Assembly (NCBI GenBank): GCA_913055155.1 | Contig: CAJXJR010000016.1 | Span: 19,003-83,002, forward strand | Source: an uncultured Erythrobacter sp. | Lineage (GTDB): Bacteria > Pseudomonadota > Alphaproteobacteria > Sphingomonadales > Sphingomonadaceae | Reading direction: 5' to 3' | Length of the DNA: 64,000 bases | Shown: piece by piece, positions 9,059 through 19,285 of the stretch | Layout: each line of letters opens with the position of its first letter | Position numbering within the stretch: the stretch's first letter is position 1 | Translations under genes and position numbers: made by a program | Notes under the pieces: generated by a model | The model's database searches: none | Told to the model about the DNA's origin: nothing | What the model saw: only the letters and a program-made list of their open reading frames with translations

Positions 9059-9102
9059 GACCGGAAGCTAGCCGATTATCGGACGCAGTCCAGAGCTGGA
9101 CC

Positions 9103-11721
9103 CTAGCCTTCGTGCGCCTGGCGCTTCAGCTGGTAGAGCATGTCCAGCGCCTCGCGCGGGGACAGCGCATCAACGTCGAGCGCGTGGAGCGTTTCGCGCA
9201 AGGCATCGCACTCCTCTTCTTCCGCTTCCAGCGCAGCTGCGAACAGCGGCAATTCGCCAAGTCCGGCCGCCAGCCCGCCAGTCTCGGCGCGGCCCTTTTC
9301 CAGCTTGTCGAGCACGCTCCTGGCGCGTTTCACCACCGGCGCCGGAACGCCCGCCAGCTTGGCGACGGCAAGGCCGTACGACCGGTCTGCCGCGCCTTCG
9401 GCCAGTTCGTGCAGCAGCACCAGGTCGCCTTTCCATTCCTTGGCCCGCACGTGATGGAGCGAGAGCGCCTCGCAGGTCTCCGCCAGCCGCGCCATCTCGT
9501 GATAGTGCGTGGCGAACAGGCAGCGGCTCCGGTTGGTCTCGTGGATCGCCTCGGCCACGGCCCATGCAAGTGCCAGGCCGTCATAGGTGCTGGTGCCGCG
9601 CCCGACCTCGTCGAGGATGACGAAGCTTTGCGGCGTGGCCTGTGAAAGGATCGCCGCGGTCTCGACCATCTCGACCATGAAGGTGGAGCGCCCGCGCGCA
9701 AGGTTGTCCGACGCGCCGACACGGCTGAACAGCTGGTCGACCAGGCCGATGCGGGCTGCGCGCGCCGGGACGAAGCCGCCCGCCTGCGCCATCAGCACGA
9801 TCAGCGCGTTCTGGCGCAGGAAGGTGGACTTGCCGCCCATGTTGGGGCCGCCGACCAGCCACAGCCGATCGTCTTGCCCCAGCGCGCAATCGTTGGCGAC
9901 GAAGCGTTCGCCACTGGCGGCCAGCGCGGCTTCCACCACCGGGTGGCGCCCGGCCTCGATGGCCAGCGCCGGCTCTTCGGATATGTCGGGACGGCACCAT
10001 TCGCCGTCGCTGGCACGCTCGGCCTGGCCCGCGGCGACGTCCAGCCGGGCCAGCGCGGCGGCGGTCCGTGCGATGGCTTCGCGCCGGGCGGCAATGCGCT
10101 CCACAAGCTCTTCGAAATGCGCCTCCTCGGCAGCCAGCGCCCGCCCGCCCGCCTCGGCAATACGGGTTGCCTCCTCGTGCAGGGTCAGCGAGTTGAAGCG
10201 CACCGCATTGGCCATGGTCTGGCGGTGCGAGAAACCGCTATCGGGCGCCATCAGCTTGTCGGCGTGCTTGCTGGGCACTTCGATGAAATAGCCGAGCACG
10301 CCGTTGTGCTTGATCTTCAGCGAAGGCGTGCCCGTTTCCTCGCGATAGCGCGCTTCCATCGCGGCGATGGCACGCCGGGCATTGCCGGAAACCTCGCGCA
10401 GGTCGTCGAGCGCGGCATCGTAGCCTTCGGCAATGTAGCCGCCGTTCTGGCGCTCGGTCGGCGGGGAGGGGACCAGCGCGCGGCGCAAGAGGTCGGTCAG
10501 CTCGCCGTGGCCTGCAAGGTCGGGCAACAGCTCTTCGAGCAGGGCAGGTCGATCCGCCTTGCCTTGCAGCAGCTCGTGAATGCGCCGCGCTTCGCTCAAT
10601 CCGTCGCGGATCTGGCCAAGGTCGCGCGGGGATCCGCGCCCAGCCACCAGCCGCCCCAGCGCGCGGCCGATATCGGGCAGGCTGCGCAGCATGGCACGCA
10701 CATCGCCGCGCAGCAGCGGGTCTTGCAGCACATAGTCGACCAGCGCCAGGCGCGCCTCGATCTCGGCGCGGCTTGCCAGCGGTGCGGACAGGTCTTCCGC
10801 CAGCTGCCGCGCACCTGCACCGGTCACGCAGCGGTCTATCGCCGCGATCAGGCTGCCGGTGCGCCCGCCCTGCTGGCTGGCCAGGATTTCGAGGCTGGCG
10901 CGCGTCGCCTCGTCCATCGCCATGTGCTGCCCGCTGGCGCGCACGCGTGGCGGCAGCAGCAGCGGCAGTTCGCCGCGCCCGGCATGGTCGAGGTAGGCAA
11001 CCAGCCCGCCGGCGGCGGCCAGCATGGCGCGCGAAAACTGGCCGAAACCATCCAGCGTGGCGACGCCGTGGACTTTCTTCAGCCGCGCTTCGCCCTCGTC
11101 GCTGGCAAAGTCCCCGCGCGGACGCATGACGGCATCGAACGGGGCTTCGTCCCAATTCTCGGGCGCAACCACCTCGCTCGCGCCGATCCGCGCCAGCACG
11201 GCAGGCAGGCGTTCGGGCGCGCACTCTTCCAGGCTCATCGCGCCGGTGGAGATATCGCAGGCCGCCACGCCGCAGGTGCCGCGCAGGTCGCACACGGCGG
11301 CCAGCATGTTGGCCCGGCGCGGTTCCAGCAGGGCTTCCTCGGTCAGCGTACCCGCCGTAACGAAGCGCACGATATCGCGCTTCACGAGCGCCTTCGACAC
11401 GGGCGAGCCTTCGCGCCTGGCGCGTTCCTTCGCCTCCTCGGGCGTTTCCACCTGTTCGGCAATCGCCACCCGGCACCCGGCGCGGATCAGGCGGGCGAGA
11501 TAGCCTTCCGCCGAATGCACCGGCACGCCGCACATCGGTACCGGTTCCCCGCCGTGTTCGCCGCGCGTGGTCAGCGCGATATCGAGCACGCCCGCCGCTG
11601 TCTTCGCATCGTCGAAGAACAGTTCGAAGAAGTCGCCCATGCGGTAGAACAGCAGGCAGTCCCCGGCCTCTGCCTTGAGGTCGAAATACTGCTGCATCAT
11701 CGGGGTTGCGGAACCGGCCAT
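9103..11721 (-). CDS. mutS: DNA mismatch repair protein MutS
   Basis: 872 aa with N-terminal MMQQYFDLK...LLFYRMGDFFELF, Walker A GPNMGGKST and the C-terminal MutS domains. Confidence 0.97.
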   Translation of the reverse strand: MAGSATPMMQQYFDLKAEAGDCLLFYRMGDFFELFFDDAKTAAGVLDIALTTRGEHGGEPVPMCGVPVHSAEGYLARLIRAGCRVAIAEQVETPEEAKERARREGSPVSKALVKRDIVRFVTAGTLTEEALLEPRRANMLAAVCDLRGTCGVAACDISTGAMSLEECAPERLPAVLARIGASEVVAPENWDEAPFDAVMRPRGDFASDEGEARLKKVHGVATLDGFGQFSRAMLAAAGGLVAYLDHAGRGELPLLLPPRVRASGQHMAMDEATRASLEILASQQGGRTGSLIAAIDRCVTGAGARQLAEDLSAPLASRAEIEARLALVDYVLQDPLLRGDVRAMLRSLPDIGRALGRLVAGRGSPRDLGQIRDGLSEARRIHELLQGKADRPALLEELLPDLAGHGELTDLLRRALVPSPPTERQNGGYIAEGYDAALDDLREVSGNARRAIAAMEARYREETGTPSLKIKHNGVLGYFIEVPSKHADKLMAPDSGFSHRQTMANAVRFNSLTLHEEATRIAEAGGRALAAEEAHFEELVERIAARREAIARTAAALARLDVAAGQAERASDGEWCRPDISEEPALAIEAGRHPVVEAALAASGERFVANDCALGQDDRLWLVGGPNMGGKSTFLRQNALIVLMAQAGGFVPARAARIGLVDQLFSRVGASDNLARGRSTFMVEMVETAAILSQATPQSFVILDEVGRGTSTYDGLALAWAVAEAIHETNRSRCLFATHYHEMARLAETCEALSLHHVRAKEWKGDLVLLHELAEGAADRSYGLAVAKLAGVPAPVVKRARSVLDKLEKGRAETGGLAAGLGELPLFAAALEAEEEECDALRETLHALDVDALSPREALDMLYQLKRQAHEG

Positions 11722-11807
11722 GAGGGTGCGGGATTACAAGGCTGCATGGCGATTCGGGAAGGGCAGCAAAGCCCGCTTTCCCCTATCGCGAATGACAATC
11801 ACTCTTT

Positions 11808-14102
11808 ATGGCTGGGAAGAACACGGGGAGACACAGCTTGGCCGACGAAAAGAATTCCAGCTTCACCGAGCGCGAGGCGCTGTTTTACCATGAGACGATC
11901 CGTCCGGGTAAGATCGAGATCATCGCCTCCAAGCCGATGACCACCCAGCGCGATCTCAGCCTGGCCTATTCGCCGGGTGTCGCCGTGCCGGTGCAGGCGA
12001 TTGCCGACGATCCCGCCAACGCGGCGAAATATACCGCGCGGTCGAACCTGGTGGCGGTGATTTCCAACGGCACCGCCATCCTCGGCATGGGCAATCTTGG
12101 CGCGCTGGCATCCAAGCCGGTGATGGAAGGCAAGGCAGTGCTGTTCAAGCGCTTCGCCGACGTCGATTCGATCGATATCGAGCTCGACACCGAAGACCCC
12201 GACGCCTTCATCGAAGCCGTTGCGCTGATGGAGCCGAGCTTTGGCGGCATCAACCTTGAAGACATCAAGGCGCCCGAATGTTTCATCATCGAGCAGGCGC
12301 TGCGCGAACGCATGAACATCCCCATCATGCACGACGACCAGCACGGCACCGCCATCATCGCCGCTGCCGGCCTGATCAACGCCGCGTACCTGACGGGCCG
12401 TGACCTGAAGGACGTGAAAATGGTGGTGAACGGCGCGGGCGCATCGGCGCTGGCCTGCACCGCGCTGATCAAGTCGGTCGGCGTGCCGCACGAAAACGTG
12501 ATCGTGTGCGACCGTTCCGGCCCGATCTATCCCGGCCGCGACGGGGTGGACCAGTGGAAAAGCGCCCATGCCGTGCCCACAGAGGCGCGCAGTCTGGAAG
12601 AGGCGCTGGAAGGCGCGGACATCTTCCTCGGCCTGTCCGCTGCGGGCGCGCTGAAGCCCGAATGGGTGGCGAAGATGGCAGACCAGCCGATCATCTTCGC
12701 CATGGCCAACCCCACGCCGGAAATCATGCCGGACGAGGCCAAGGCCGTGCGCCCCGATGCCATCGTTGCTACCGGGCGCAGCGATTTCCCCAACCAGGTC
12801 AACAACGTGCTGGGCTTCCCCTTCATCTTCCGCGGCGCGCTGGACGTGCGCGCGACCGCGATCAACGAGGAGATGAAGGTCGCCGCCGCGCGCGCGATTG
12901 CCGAGCTGGCGCGCGAGCGCGTGCCCGAGGAAGTGGCTGCCGCCTATGGCATGAACCACCAGTTCGGCCGCGAATACATCATTCCCGCACCGTTCGATCC
13001 GCGCCTGATGGAGCGTGTTTCCTGCGCCGTGGCGAAGGCGGCAATGGATTCGGGCGTGGCACTGGATCCGATCGAGGATTTCGAGGAATACACGCTGCGG
13101 TTGCGCAGCCGTCTCAACCCCACCACCGCCGCGCTCACCCGCGTCTACGAGGACGCCAAGGCCAACCCGAAACGCATGGTCTTTGCCGAGGCGGAAGAGG
13201 ACGTGGCCCTGCGGGCGGCGATCCAGTACCGCGATTTCGGCTACGGCACGCCGATCCTGGTCGGCCGTACCGACAAGGTGCTGCAGAAGCTGAAGGAACT
13301 GCAGGTCGACGATCCGGAAAACTTCGAAATCGCCAACTCGGCGAACTACGAAGGGATCGAGCCGATGGTGGACTTCCTCTATAAGCGGCTGCAGCGGCGC
13401 GGCTATACCGAGCGTGACGTGCGCCGCATGGTGAACCAGGAACGCAACGTCTTTGCCGCCCTGCTGGTGGCGCTGGACAAGGGCGATGCCATGATTACCG
13501 GCCTCACCCGCACTTTCAGCCAGACTGCGCGCGAAGTGGCCAAGGTGCTTGATCCCAAGGCGGACGCAACGCTTTTCGGCGTGCACATGGTGCTGGGCAA
13601 GAATCACACCACCTTCCTTGCCGACACCGTGATCAACGAGCGTCCCTCCGCCGAACAACTGGCCCATATCGCCAAGGAAACCGCCGCCGTGGCGCGGCGC
13701 ATGGGGCACGAACCGCGCGTGGCCTTCATGTCCTATTCCACCTTCGGCAATCCGTCGGGCCAGTGGCTGGGCAATATCCGCGACGCGGTGGCCCTGCTCG
13801 ATGCAGATGACAGCGTGAACTTCGAATACGAAGGTGAGATGGCGCCCGATGCCGCGCTCAACGACAAGGTGATGGCGCTCTATCCCTTCAGCCGCCTTTC
13901 CGGCCCGGCCAACGTGCTGATCATGCCCGGGCTGCAAAGCGCCAACCTGTCAGCCAAGCTGCTGCGCGAACTTTCGGGCGATGCGGTGATCGGCCCCATG
14001 CTGATCGGCGGGGAGAAGCCGGTGCAGATCGCTCCGATGACCTCGATCGCGCCCGACGTGCTGACGCTGGCCGTGCTGGCCGCAGCGGGCGTCGTGGGAT
14101 GA
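11808..14102 (+). CDS. maeB: NADP-dependent malic enzyme (malic enzyme + PTA-like domain)
   Basis: 764 aa with an N-terminal malic-enzyme NAD(P)-binding region and a C-terminal phosphate-acetyltransferase-like domain. Confidence 0.95.
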   Translation: MAGKNTGRHSLADEKNSSFTEREALFYHETIRPGKIEIIASKPMTTQRDLSLAYSPGVAVPVQAIADDPANAAKYTARSNLVAVISNGTAILGMGNLGALASKPVMEGKAVLFKRFADVDSIDIELDTEDPDAFIEAVALMEPSFGGINLEDIKAPECFIIEQALRERMNIPIMHDDQHGTAIIAAAGLINAAYLTGRDLKDVKMVVNGAGASALACTALIKSVGVPHENVIVCDRSGPIYPGRDGVDQWKSAHAVPTEARSLEEALEGADIFLGLSAAGALKPEWVAKMADQPIIFAMANPTPEIMPDEAKAVRPDAIVATGRSDFPNQVNNVLGFPFIFRGALDVRATAINEEMKVAAARAIAELARERVPEEVAAAYGMNHQFGREYIIPAPFDPRLMERVSCAVAKAAMDSGVALDPIEDFEEYTLRLRSRLNPTTAALTRVYEDAKANPKRMVFAEAEEDVALRAAIQYRDFGYGTPILVGRTDKVLQKLKELQVDDPENFEIANSANYEGIEPMVDFLYKRLQRRGYTERDVRRMVNQERNVFAALLVALDKGDAMITGLTRTFSQTAREVAKVLDPKADATLFGVHMVLGKNHTTFLADTVINERPSAEQLAHIAKETAAVARRMGHEPRVAFMSYSTFGNPSGQWLGNIRDAVALLDADDSVNFEYEGEMAPDAALNDKVMALYPFSRLSGPANVLIMPGLQSANLSAKLLRELSGDAVIGPMLIGGEKPVQIAPMTSIAPDVLTLAVLAAAGVVG

Positions 14103-14515
14103 TGGCGCAGCGGCCCGGCAACGTCGTGGTTGCCGGCGCCGCCTACTGGGCGATTGTCTTTGCCGTGGGCTTTGCTCTCGGAACCTTGCGCGTCCTGCTG
14201 GTGGAGCCTGCTCTCGGAAAGCTGCCCGCCGTCTTGATCGAGCTGCCGGTGATGCTGGGGGCAAGCTGGCTGGCCGCCCGCTGGCTGGTGCGACGTCTTG
14301 CCATCGCGTTAGCGCGAAGGGCACTTGCCATGGGCGGCATTGCCTTTGCCATGCTGATGGCGAGCGAAGCGGTGCTGACCATAGCCATGCCGGGCAATTC
14401 GCCGGACCAATGGCTTGCCGACATGGCGACGCCTGCCGGCTTTATCGGCCTGTCCGGCCAGTTGGCCTTCGCCCTGTTTCCCTGGCTGGTGCGGTCAGCC
14501 GACGGGCGGGACTGA
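14099..14515 (+). CDS. hypothetical membrane protein
   Basis: 138-aa ORF with 4 predicted hydrophobic helices. The ATG overlaps the maeB stop (ATGA). Confidence 0.55.
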   Translation: MMAQRPGNVVVAGAAYWAIVFAVGFALGTLRVLLVEPALGKLPAVLIELPVMLGASWLAARWLVRRLAIALARRALAMGGIAFAMLMASEAVLTIAMPGNSPDQWLADMATPAGFIGLSGQLAFALFPWLVRSADGRD

Positions 14516-14521
14516 ACCCGC

Positions 14522-15208
14522 CTACCAGGGCACCTCGCTGCCATCGTAGGCGATGAAGCGGTGGTTCTGGCCGTCGTCGCGATCCACCACGTCGAGCATG
14601 CCGTTGACGCTGGTTTCCACGTCGATCAGCGCGTTGGGGCCACCCATGTCGGTCTGCACCCAGCCGGGATGCAGCGATACCACGCCCACGCCGCGCGGCT
14701 GCGCGTGCTTTGCGAACAGCGAGCGGGCGAGCATGTTCTGGCTGACCTTGGACAGGCGATAGAGGTTCACCCCGCCCGATGAATCGTCGATCGAGCCCAT
14801 CTTGCTCGACATCATGGCAATCGTGCCGCCGCGCTTCACCAGCGGCAGCAGGTCGAGCGCGGCCTGCGTGGGGGCGACGGCATTGGTCATCACGATATCG
14901 GCCACACTGTCGCGGCCAAGCTGGTCCAGCTCCTGCTCGCTGCCGCCGTAGACGCCCGCGTTCATCACCAGCAGGTCGACGCTGCCTTCGGCGCAGCTGT
15001 CCTTGATGGCGGCGACGGAGGCCGGGTCGGTCACGTCGCATCGCACGATCTCGATCGCGCCTTCGTGCGCCTCTGCCGCTCCGTGAAGCTCCGCGCTCTC
15101 GCTGCGTTCGCTGGCGATGACCTTGTATCCCCGGCTGGCGAGCTCCTTCGCAAGGCCAAGTCCGATGCCGCGCGATGCGCCGATGATGATCGCTGTCTTG
15201 TCGCTCAT
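14522..15208 (-). CDS. SDR family oxidoreductase
   Basis: TGxxxGIG-type motif (IIGASRGIGLG) and YxxxK (YRLSK). Confidence 0.85.
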   Translation of the reverse strand: MSDKTAIIIGASRGIGLGLAKELASRGYKVIASERSESAELHGAAEAHEGAIEIVRCDVTDPASVAAIKDSCAEGSVDLLVMNAGVYGGSEQELDQLGRDSVADIVMTNAVAPTQAALDLLPLVKRGGTIAMMSSKMGSIDDSSGGVNLYRLSKVSQNMLARSLFAKHAQPRGVGVVSLHPGWVQTDMGGPNALIDVETSVNGMLDVVDRDDGQNHRFIAYDGSEVPW

Positions 15209-15269
15209 GCTTGCAAGTCCTTTCGTTCGTTTCCTGCCGAACGGGCGATGCGGCCAGAGCGTTCCGACG

Positions 15270-15971
15270 TTATTTGCGGCGATAGCGGAAGTACCAGACC
15301 TCGTGCCCCATCTTGGTGCGGGCCTTGTGCTCGTAGCGTGTCTCGCACCAGCCGGAGGGGCGGATACGGAAGTCGTCCGGCCCTTCGATCACCCATTCGA
15401 ACACGTCGGTAAAGCGGCGCATCACCATCAGTGCGTGGCGCACGTAGACCGGGTGATCGGTGCCGAAGCGGAATTCGCCGCCCGGCTTCAGCTTGTCCGC
15501 CAGCATGCGCACCGGGCCATCGTTCATCATCCGCCGCTTTGCATGCTTGGCCTTGGGCCAGGGATCGGGATGCAGCAGGTAGGCCATGGTCAGCGCGCCG
15601 TCGGGAATGCGCTGGAGCACCTGCAGGGCATCGCCGTGGTGGATTCGCACGTTGGCCAGCTGCTGGTCGCGCACGTGAGTCAGCGCCTGGGCCACGCCGT
15701 TGAGGAATGGCTCTGCCCCGATGAAGCCGTGGTTCGGCAGCAGGTCGGCGCGGTAGGCCAGGTGTTCGCCCCCGCCAAAGCCGATCTCGAAATGCAGCGG
15801 GCAGTCTTCCCCGAACAGCCGCTCTGCCGTCACCGGGCCTTCCTCGGGCACGGCGATTTTCGGCAGCAGGGTATCGACCAGCTCCTGCTGGGCTGCGCGC
15901 AGGGGCTTGCCCTGGCTGCGGCCATAGAGCCTGTTGAGCGTAGTGGGATCGCCGTCCTTGTAGGCTGTCAT
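15270..15971 (-). CDS. trmB: tRNA (guanine-N7)-methyltransferase
   Basis: EIGFGGGEHL...LLHPDPWPKAKHAKRR...RYEHKA are TrmB signatures. ATG at 15971. The track ORF extends spuriously to 16382. Confidence 0.9.
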   Translation of the reverse strand: MTAYKDGDPTTLNRLYGRSQGKPLRAAQQELVDTLLPKIAVPEEGPVTAERLFGEDCPLHFEIGFGGGEHLAYRADLLPNHGFIGAEPFLNGVAQALTHVRDQQLANVRIHHGDALQVLQRIPDGALTMAYLLHPDPWPKAKHAKRRMMNDGPVRMLADKLKPGGEFRFGTDHPVYVRHALMVMRRFTDVFEWVIEGPDDFRIRPSGWCETRYEHKARTKMGHEVWYFRYRRK

Positions 15972-16065
15972 GCGCGGCTCGCTAGAGCGGGCAGGGGGCG
16001 CTTGTCCAGATGACTCGTGTCCACGGGGTTGAGAAGCTGCATGGCTCTCGGCTAGGCGACTGGCC

Positions 16066-17289
16066 ATGGAACAGGCAATCGCACTCTTCAACGCCCAGCC
16101 CGCATGGGCGCAGACCGTCATCGCGCTGGTCGCGCTCGTGCTGGTGGCGCTGCTGGTCAACTTCCTGCTCAAGAAGGTGATCCTGCGGCTTGCCGCGCCT
16201 TTCCTCGACACCCGCAGCCAGACCGCCGACAAGGCCGCCTTCCGCCTTGCCACGGTGGCACCGCTGCTGGTGATTGCCAACGGCATCGAGCACGTGCCCA
16301 ACCTGCCCGAAGAGCTGTGGCTGCTGATCCAGAACGTGGCCGAGGCGACCATCGTGCTCAGCATTGCCATGGCGATCAGCAAGGCGCTGGATTACGTGGA
16401 GGAGGTCTATCGCCGCCGCCCGGATGCGCACATGCGCCCGATCAAGGGCTATGTGCAGGTGCTGAAGATCGCGGTCTACTGCGGCGCCGTCATCCTCGGC
16501 ATTTCCGCGCTGATCGAGCAGTCGCCGCTGCTGCTGCTGTCGGGCCTTGGCGCCATGGCGGCGGTGCTGCTGCTGGTGTTCAAGGACACCATCCTTTCGC
16601 TCGTCGCCTCGGTCCAGCTGACCAGCAACGACATGCTGCGCGTGGGCGACTGGATCGAGATGCCCAGCATGCATGCCGACGGCGACGTGATCGACATCGC
16701 CCTGCACACGGTGAAGGTGCAGAACTTCGACAAGACCATCACCACCATCCCCACCTACAAGCTGATCGCCGAAAGCTATCGCAACTGGCGCGGGATGAGC
16801 GAGGCCGGCGGGCGGCGGATCAAGCGCGCGCTGATGCTCGACCAGAACTCGGTGCGCTTCCTGTCCGACAAGGAAGTCGACACGCTGCGCGGCTTCCGCC
16901 TGCTGAAGGACTACCTTGCCGACAAGGACAAGGAGCTGGCCGAGTGGAACGCGCGCGAACTGGCGGGCGATAGCAACCCGGTGAACGCGCGGCGCATTAC
17001 CAATGTCGGCACCTTCCGTGCCTATGTGATTGCCTACCTGCGTGCCCATCCGGAGCTGACCGACAAGGGCTTCACCCTGCTGGTGCGCCAGCTGGCACCC
17101 ACGCCGCAAGGCCTGCCGCTGGAGATCTATTGCTTCACCAACACCACCAACTGGGTGGAGTACGAGCGCATCCAGGCCGACGTGTTCGACCACCTGATCG
17201 CCATCCTGCCGGAATTCGGCCTGCGCCTGTTCCAGGAGCCGAGCGGAATGGACGTGCGCGATGCCCGTTCCAGCGTGGGCGTGACCTGA
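16066..17289 (+). CDS. mechanosensitive ion channel family protein (MscS-like)
   Basis: TM region followed by the MscS beta-domain (MLRVGDWIEMPSMHADGDVIDIALHTVKVQNFDKTITTIPT). Confidence 0.85.
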   Translation: MEQAIALFNAQPAWAQTVIALVALVLVALLVNFLLKKVILRLAAPFLDTRSQTADKAAFRLATVAPLLVIANGIEHVPNLPEELWLLIQNVAEATIVLSIAMAISKALDYVEEVYRRRPDAHMRPIKGYVQVLKIAVYCGAVILGISALIEQSPLLLLSGLGAMAAVLLLVFKDTILSLVASVQLTSNDMLRVGDWIEMPSMHADGDVIDIALHTVKVQNFDKTITTIPTYKLIAESYRNWRGMSEAGGRRIKRALMLDQNSVRFLSDKEVDTLRGFRLLKDYLADKDKELAEWNARELAGDSNPVNARRITNVGTFRAYVIAYLRAHPELTDKGFTLLVRQLAPTPQGLPLEIYCFTNTTNWVEYERIQADVFDHLIAILPEFGLRLFQEPSGMDVRDARSSVGVT

Positions 17290-17359
17290 CCGGCTGATTT
17301 GCAATTGCGCCACTTCGCCCCCATGTCCCTGACGGGACAGGGGAAAGGGGGTGGCGCTC

Positions 17360-18076
17360 ATGGCGACAGACCAACCGAAGGTGACGGATGATAAGCTGGC
17401 CCGCGTGGCCGGTGTCACATATCTGCTGATGTTGCCGACCGCGGCACCCGCGATCATGGGAGGATTGCTGGCCGTGCAGCCAGAGCCGGCCGAGACCTTG
17501 GCCTATCTGTCTGACAATCTCCTTTCGTTCCAGGTCATGACATTGCTGGGCGTGGTCGGCTTTATTGTCTTTCTCGTGCTTGCCATGTTGCTGCATCGGC
17601 TTTTGCGCGCAAACTGCCCGCCCGCTGCCGATATCATGCTGGCCTTTGTAGCCGTGAGTGTACCGGTCTCTCTCGCTGCGATGGCGATCCGGCTGGATAT
17701 CGCGCAAATGGTGACTGGCCATCCGGGGTTGCCAGTCCTTTCCGGTGCAGCACTGGCTGATGCGGTAAGCGCGTCGCTCGGACGCTCCAACAATATGATG
17801 CAGGTGGCCGTGATGTTCTGGGGGCTGTGGCTGCTGCCGCTTGCGCAACTGGCACGCGCCAGCGAAATCGTGCCACGCTGGCTTGCAATCCTGCTGACGA
17901 TTGGCGGGCTGCACTATGTCGTATCTTTCGCCTTCTTTGTTTTCGACCCGACCTTCCAGCAAGACGGCGCAGGCATGGTCATGTCCGGCATCGGCGGACT
18001 TGCTGCCATGATTGGCGAGATCGGGTTTGCCCTTTGGCTCACGGTCAAAGGGGCCAAGCGGACACGTCCCGTGTAG
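17360..18076 (+). CDS. membrane protein, DUF4386-like
   Basis: Multi-TM ORF whose N-terminal ARVAGVTYLLM resembles DUF4386. ATG at 17360 lies 8 nt after AGGGGG. Confidence 0.5.
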   Translation: MATDQPKVTDDKLARVAGVTYLLMLPTAAPAIMGGLLAVQPEPAETLAYLSDNLLSFQVMTLLGVVGFIVFLVLAMLLHRLLRANCPPAADIMLAFVAVSVPVSLAAMAIRLDIAQMVTGHPGLPVLSGAALADAVSASLGRSNNMMQVAVMFWGLWLLPLAQLARASEIVPRWLAILLTIGGLHYVVSFAFFVFDPTFQQDGAGMVMSGIGGLAAMIGEIGFALWLTVKGAKRTRPV

Positions 18077-18094
18077 GAAAGGTGCAGGAAAGCG

Positions 18095-18132
18095 AAAACG
18101 GCCCGTCACCATCGCTGGTAGCGGGCCGTTTT
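18095..18132. terminator. Bidirectional intrinsic terminator between the DUF4386-like gene and ctrA
   Basis: AAAACGGCCCG (18095-18105) pairs with CGGGCCGTTTT (18122-18132) around a 16-nt loop. A/T runs on both sides give a U-tract in either direction. Confidence 0.6.
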
Positions 18133-18166
18133 GCTGTGTCCCCCCGTTTCCGGGTACGTTCTTGTA

Positions 18167-18868
18167 TCAGGCTGCTTCGGTTTCCTCGGCAGCATCCGGA
18201 TCGCGCAGCACATAGCCGCGGCCCCAGACGGTTTCGATGTAGTTGTCACCGCCGCAGGCGCTGGAGAGCTTCTTGCGCAGCTTGCAGATGAACACGTCGA
18301 TGATCTTGAGTTCGGGCTCGTCCATCCCGCCATAGAGGTGGTTGAGGAACATTTCCTTGGTCAGCGTGGTGCCCTTGCGCAAGCTGAGCAGCTCGAGCAT
18401 CGCGTATTCCTTGCCCGTCAGGTGGACGCGCGCGCCGTCGACTTCCACGGTCTTGGCATCGAGGTTCACGGCCAGCTTGCCGGTGCGGATGATCGACTGG
18501 CTGTGGCCCTTCGAACGGCGCACCACGGCGTGGATGCGGGCAACCAGCTCGTCGCGGTGGAAGGGCTTGGTCACATAGTCGTCGGCACCGAAGCCGAACG
18601 AGCGGATCTTGCTATCCATCTCGGCAATGCCCGAGAGGATCAGCACCGGCGTCTGCACCTTGGCGACGCGCAGCTTCTTCAGCACGTCATAGCCGTGCAT
18701 GTCGGGCAGGTTCAGGTCGAGCAGGATGATGTCGTAATCATACAGCTTGCCCAGATCGAGGCCTTCCTCGCCCAGGTCGGTCGAGTAGACGTTGAACCCC
18801 TCGGTCGTCAGCATGAGCTCGATCGCCTTGGCGGTTGTCGGCTCGTCTTCGATCAGCAGAACGCGCAT
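18167..18868 (-). CDS. ctrA: cell-cycle response regulator CtrA
   Basis: 233-aa OmpR-family regulator whose full-length sequence has the CtrA character (MRVLLIEDE...[18 protein letters not shown]...[15 protein letters not shown]). Confidence 0.93.
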   Translation of the reverse strand: MRVLLIEDEPTTAKAIELMLTTEGFNVYSTDLGEEGLDLGKLYDYDIILLDLNLPDMHGYDVLKKLRVAKVQTPVLILSGIAEMDSKIRSFGFGADDYVTKPFHRDELVARIHAVVRRSKGHSQSIIRTGKLAVNLDAKTVEVDGARVHLTGKEYAMLELLSLRKGTTLTKEMFLNHLYGGMDEPELKIIDVFICKLRKKLSSACGGDNYIETVWGRGYVLRDPDAAEETEAA

Positions 18869-18927
18869 CGTATTACCCCTTGTGTGTCCCCGCAGGCCAT
18901 TTCCTCGGCTGGAGGTGTAGCCCGGTA

Positions 18928-19006
18928 TTAACCACGCAATTTCTCACCGAAAAAGGTTAACAATTGGTTTGCGGCGTTAAGACTTTCGGAGTGAGTCTTT
19001 CGAGTC
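18928..19006 (-). promoter_or_regulatory. ctrA upstream region with a CtrA half-site-like motif and two GANTC sites
   Basis: TTAACCAC at 18928-18935 matches 7/8 of the TTAACCAT half-site. Further TTAA occur at 18957 and 18977. GAGTC occurs at 18993-18997 and 19002-19006. Confidence 0.35.
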
Positions 19007-19246
19007 ACAGTGCGCGAGCCGTTAAGAACCGGCGGTTTTGCGCGGGTTCGCGCGGCAAGGTTTGGGCGGCGCGGGGCTAATGTGGAGCACATGGAGCAGT
19101 GTCCTGGGGAAGGAATTTTCGCCGCGGAGTTCGTGGGCGAAGCGATGCTGTCGCGAGTGTCATTGGGATGGCTCATTCCGGGGAGTGGGGCATGGGGTGC
19201 AGGTGTAGGAAAGGGGAATCGCGCGGGGACCGAGCCTCTCCCACTC

Positions 19247-19269
19247 GTCATTCCCGCGCAGGCGGGAAT
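19247..19269 (+). repeat. Hairpin repeat gtcATTCCCGCgcagGCGGGAAT (left copy)
   Basis: 8-bp stem with a 4-nt loop. An exact 20-nt inverted match lies at 19626-19645. Confidence 0.85.
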
Positions 19270-19285
19270 CCAGTAAGCCATCGAA

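Noticed and set aside
9874-13937. Long ORFs 9874..11940 (+, 688 aa) and 11799..13937 (-, 712 aa)
   Set aside because: They are antisense to mutS and maeB respectively. Both are typical high-GC mirror ORFs (R/A/G/H-rich, no recognisable motifs).
15971-16005. ctcgctagagcgggcag resembling the ctcgctagacgcgcagc block of the structured repeat
   Set aside because: Only a 9-nt exact match, with none of the other blocks or hairpins present. This is plausibly chance in GC-rich DNA.
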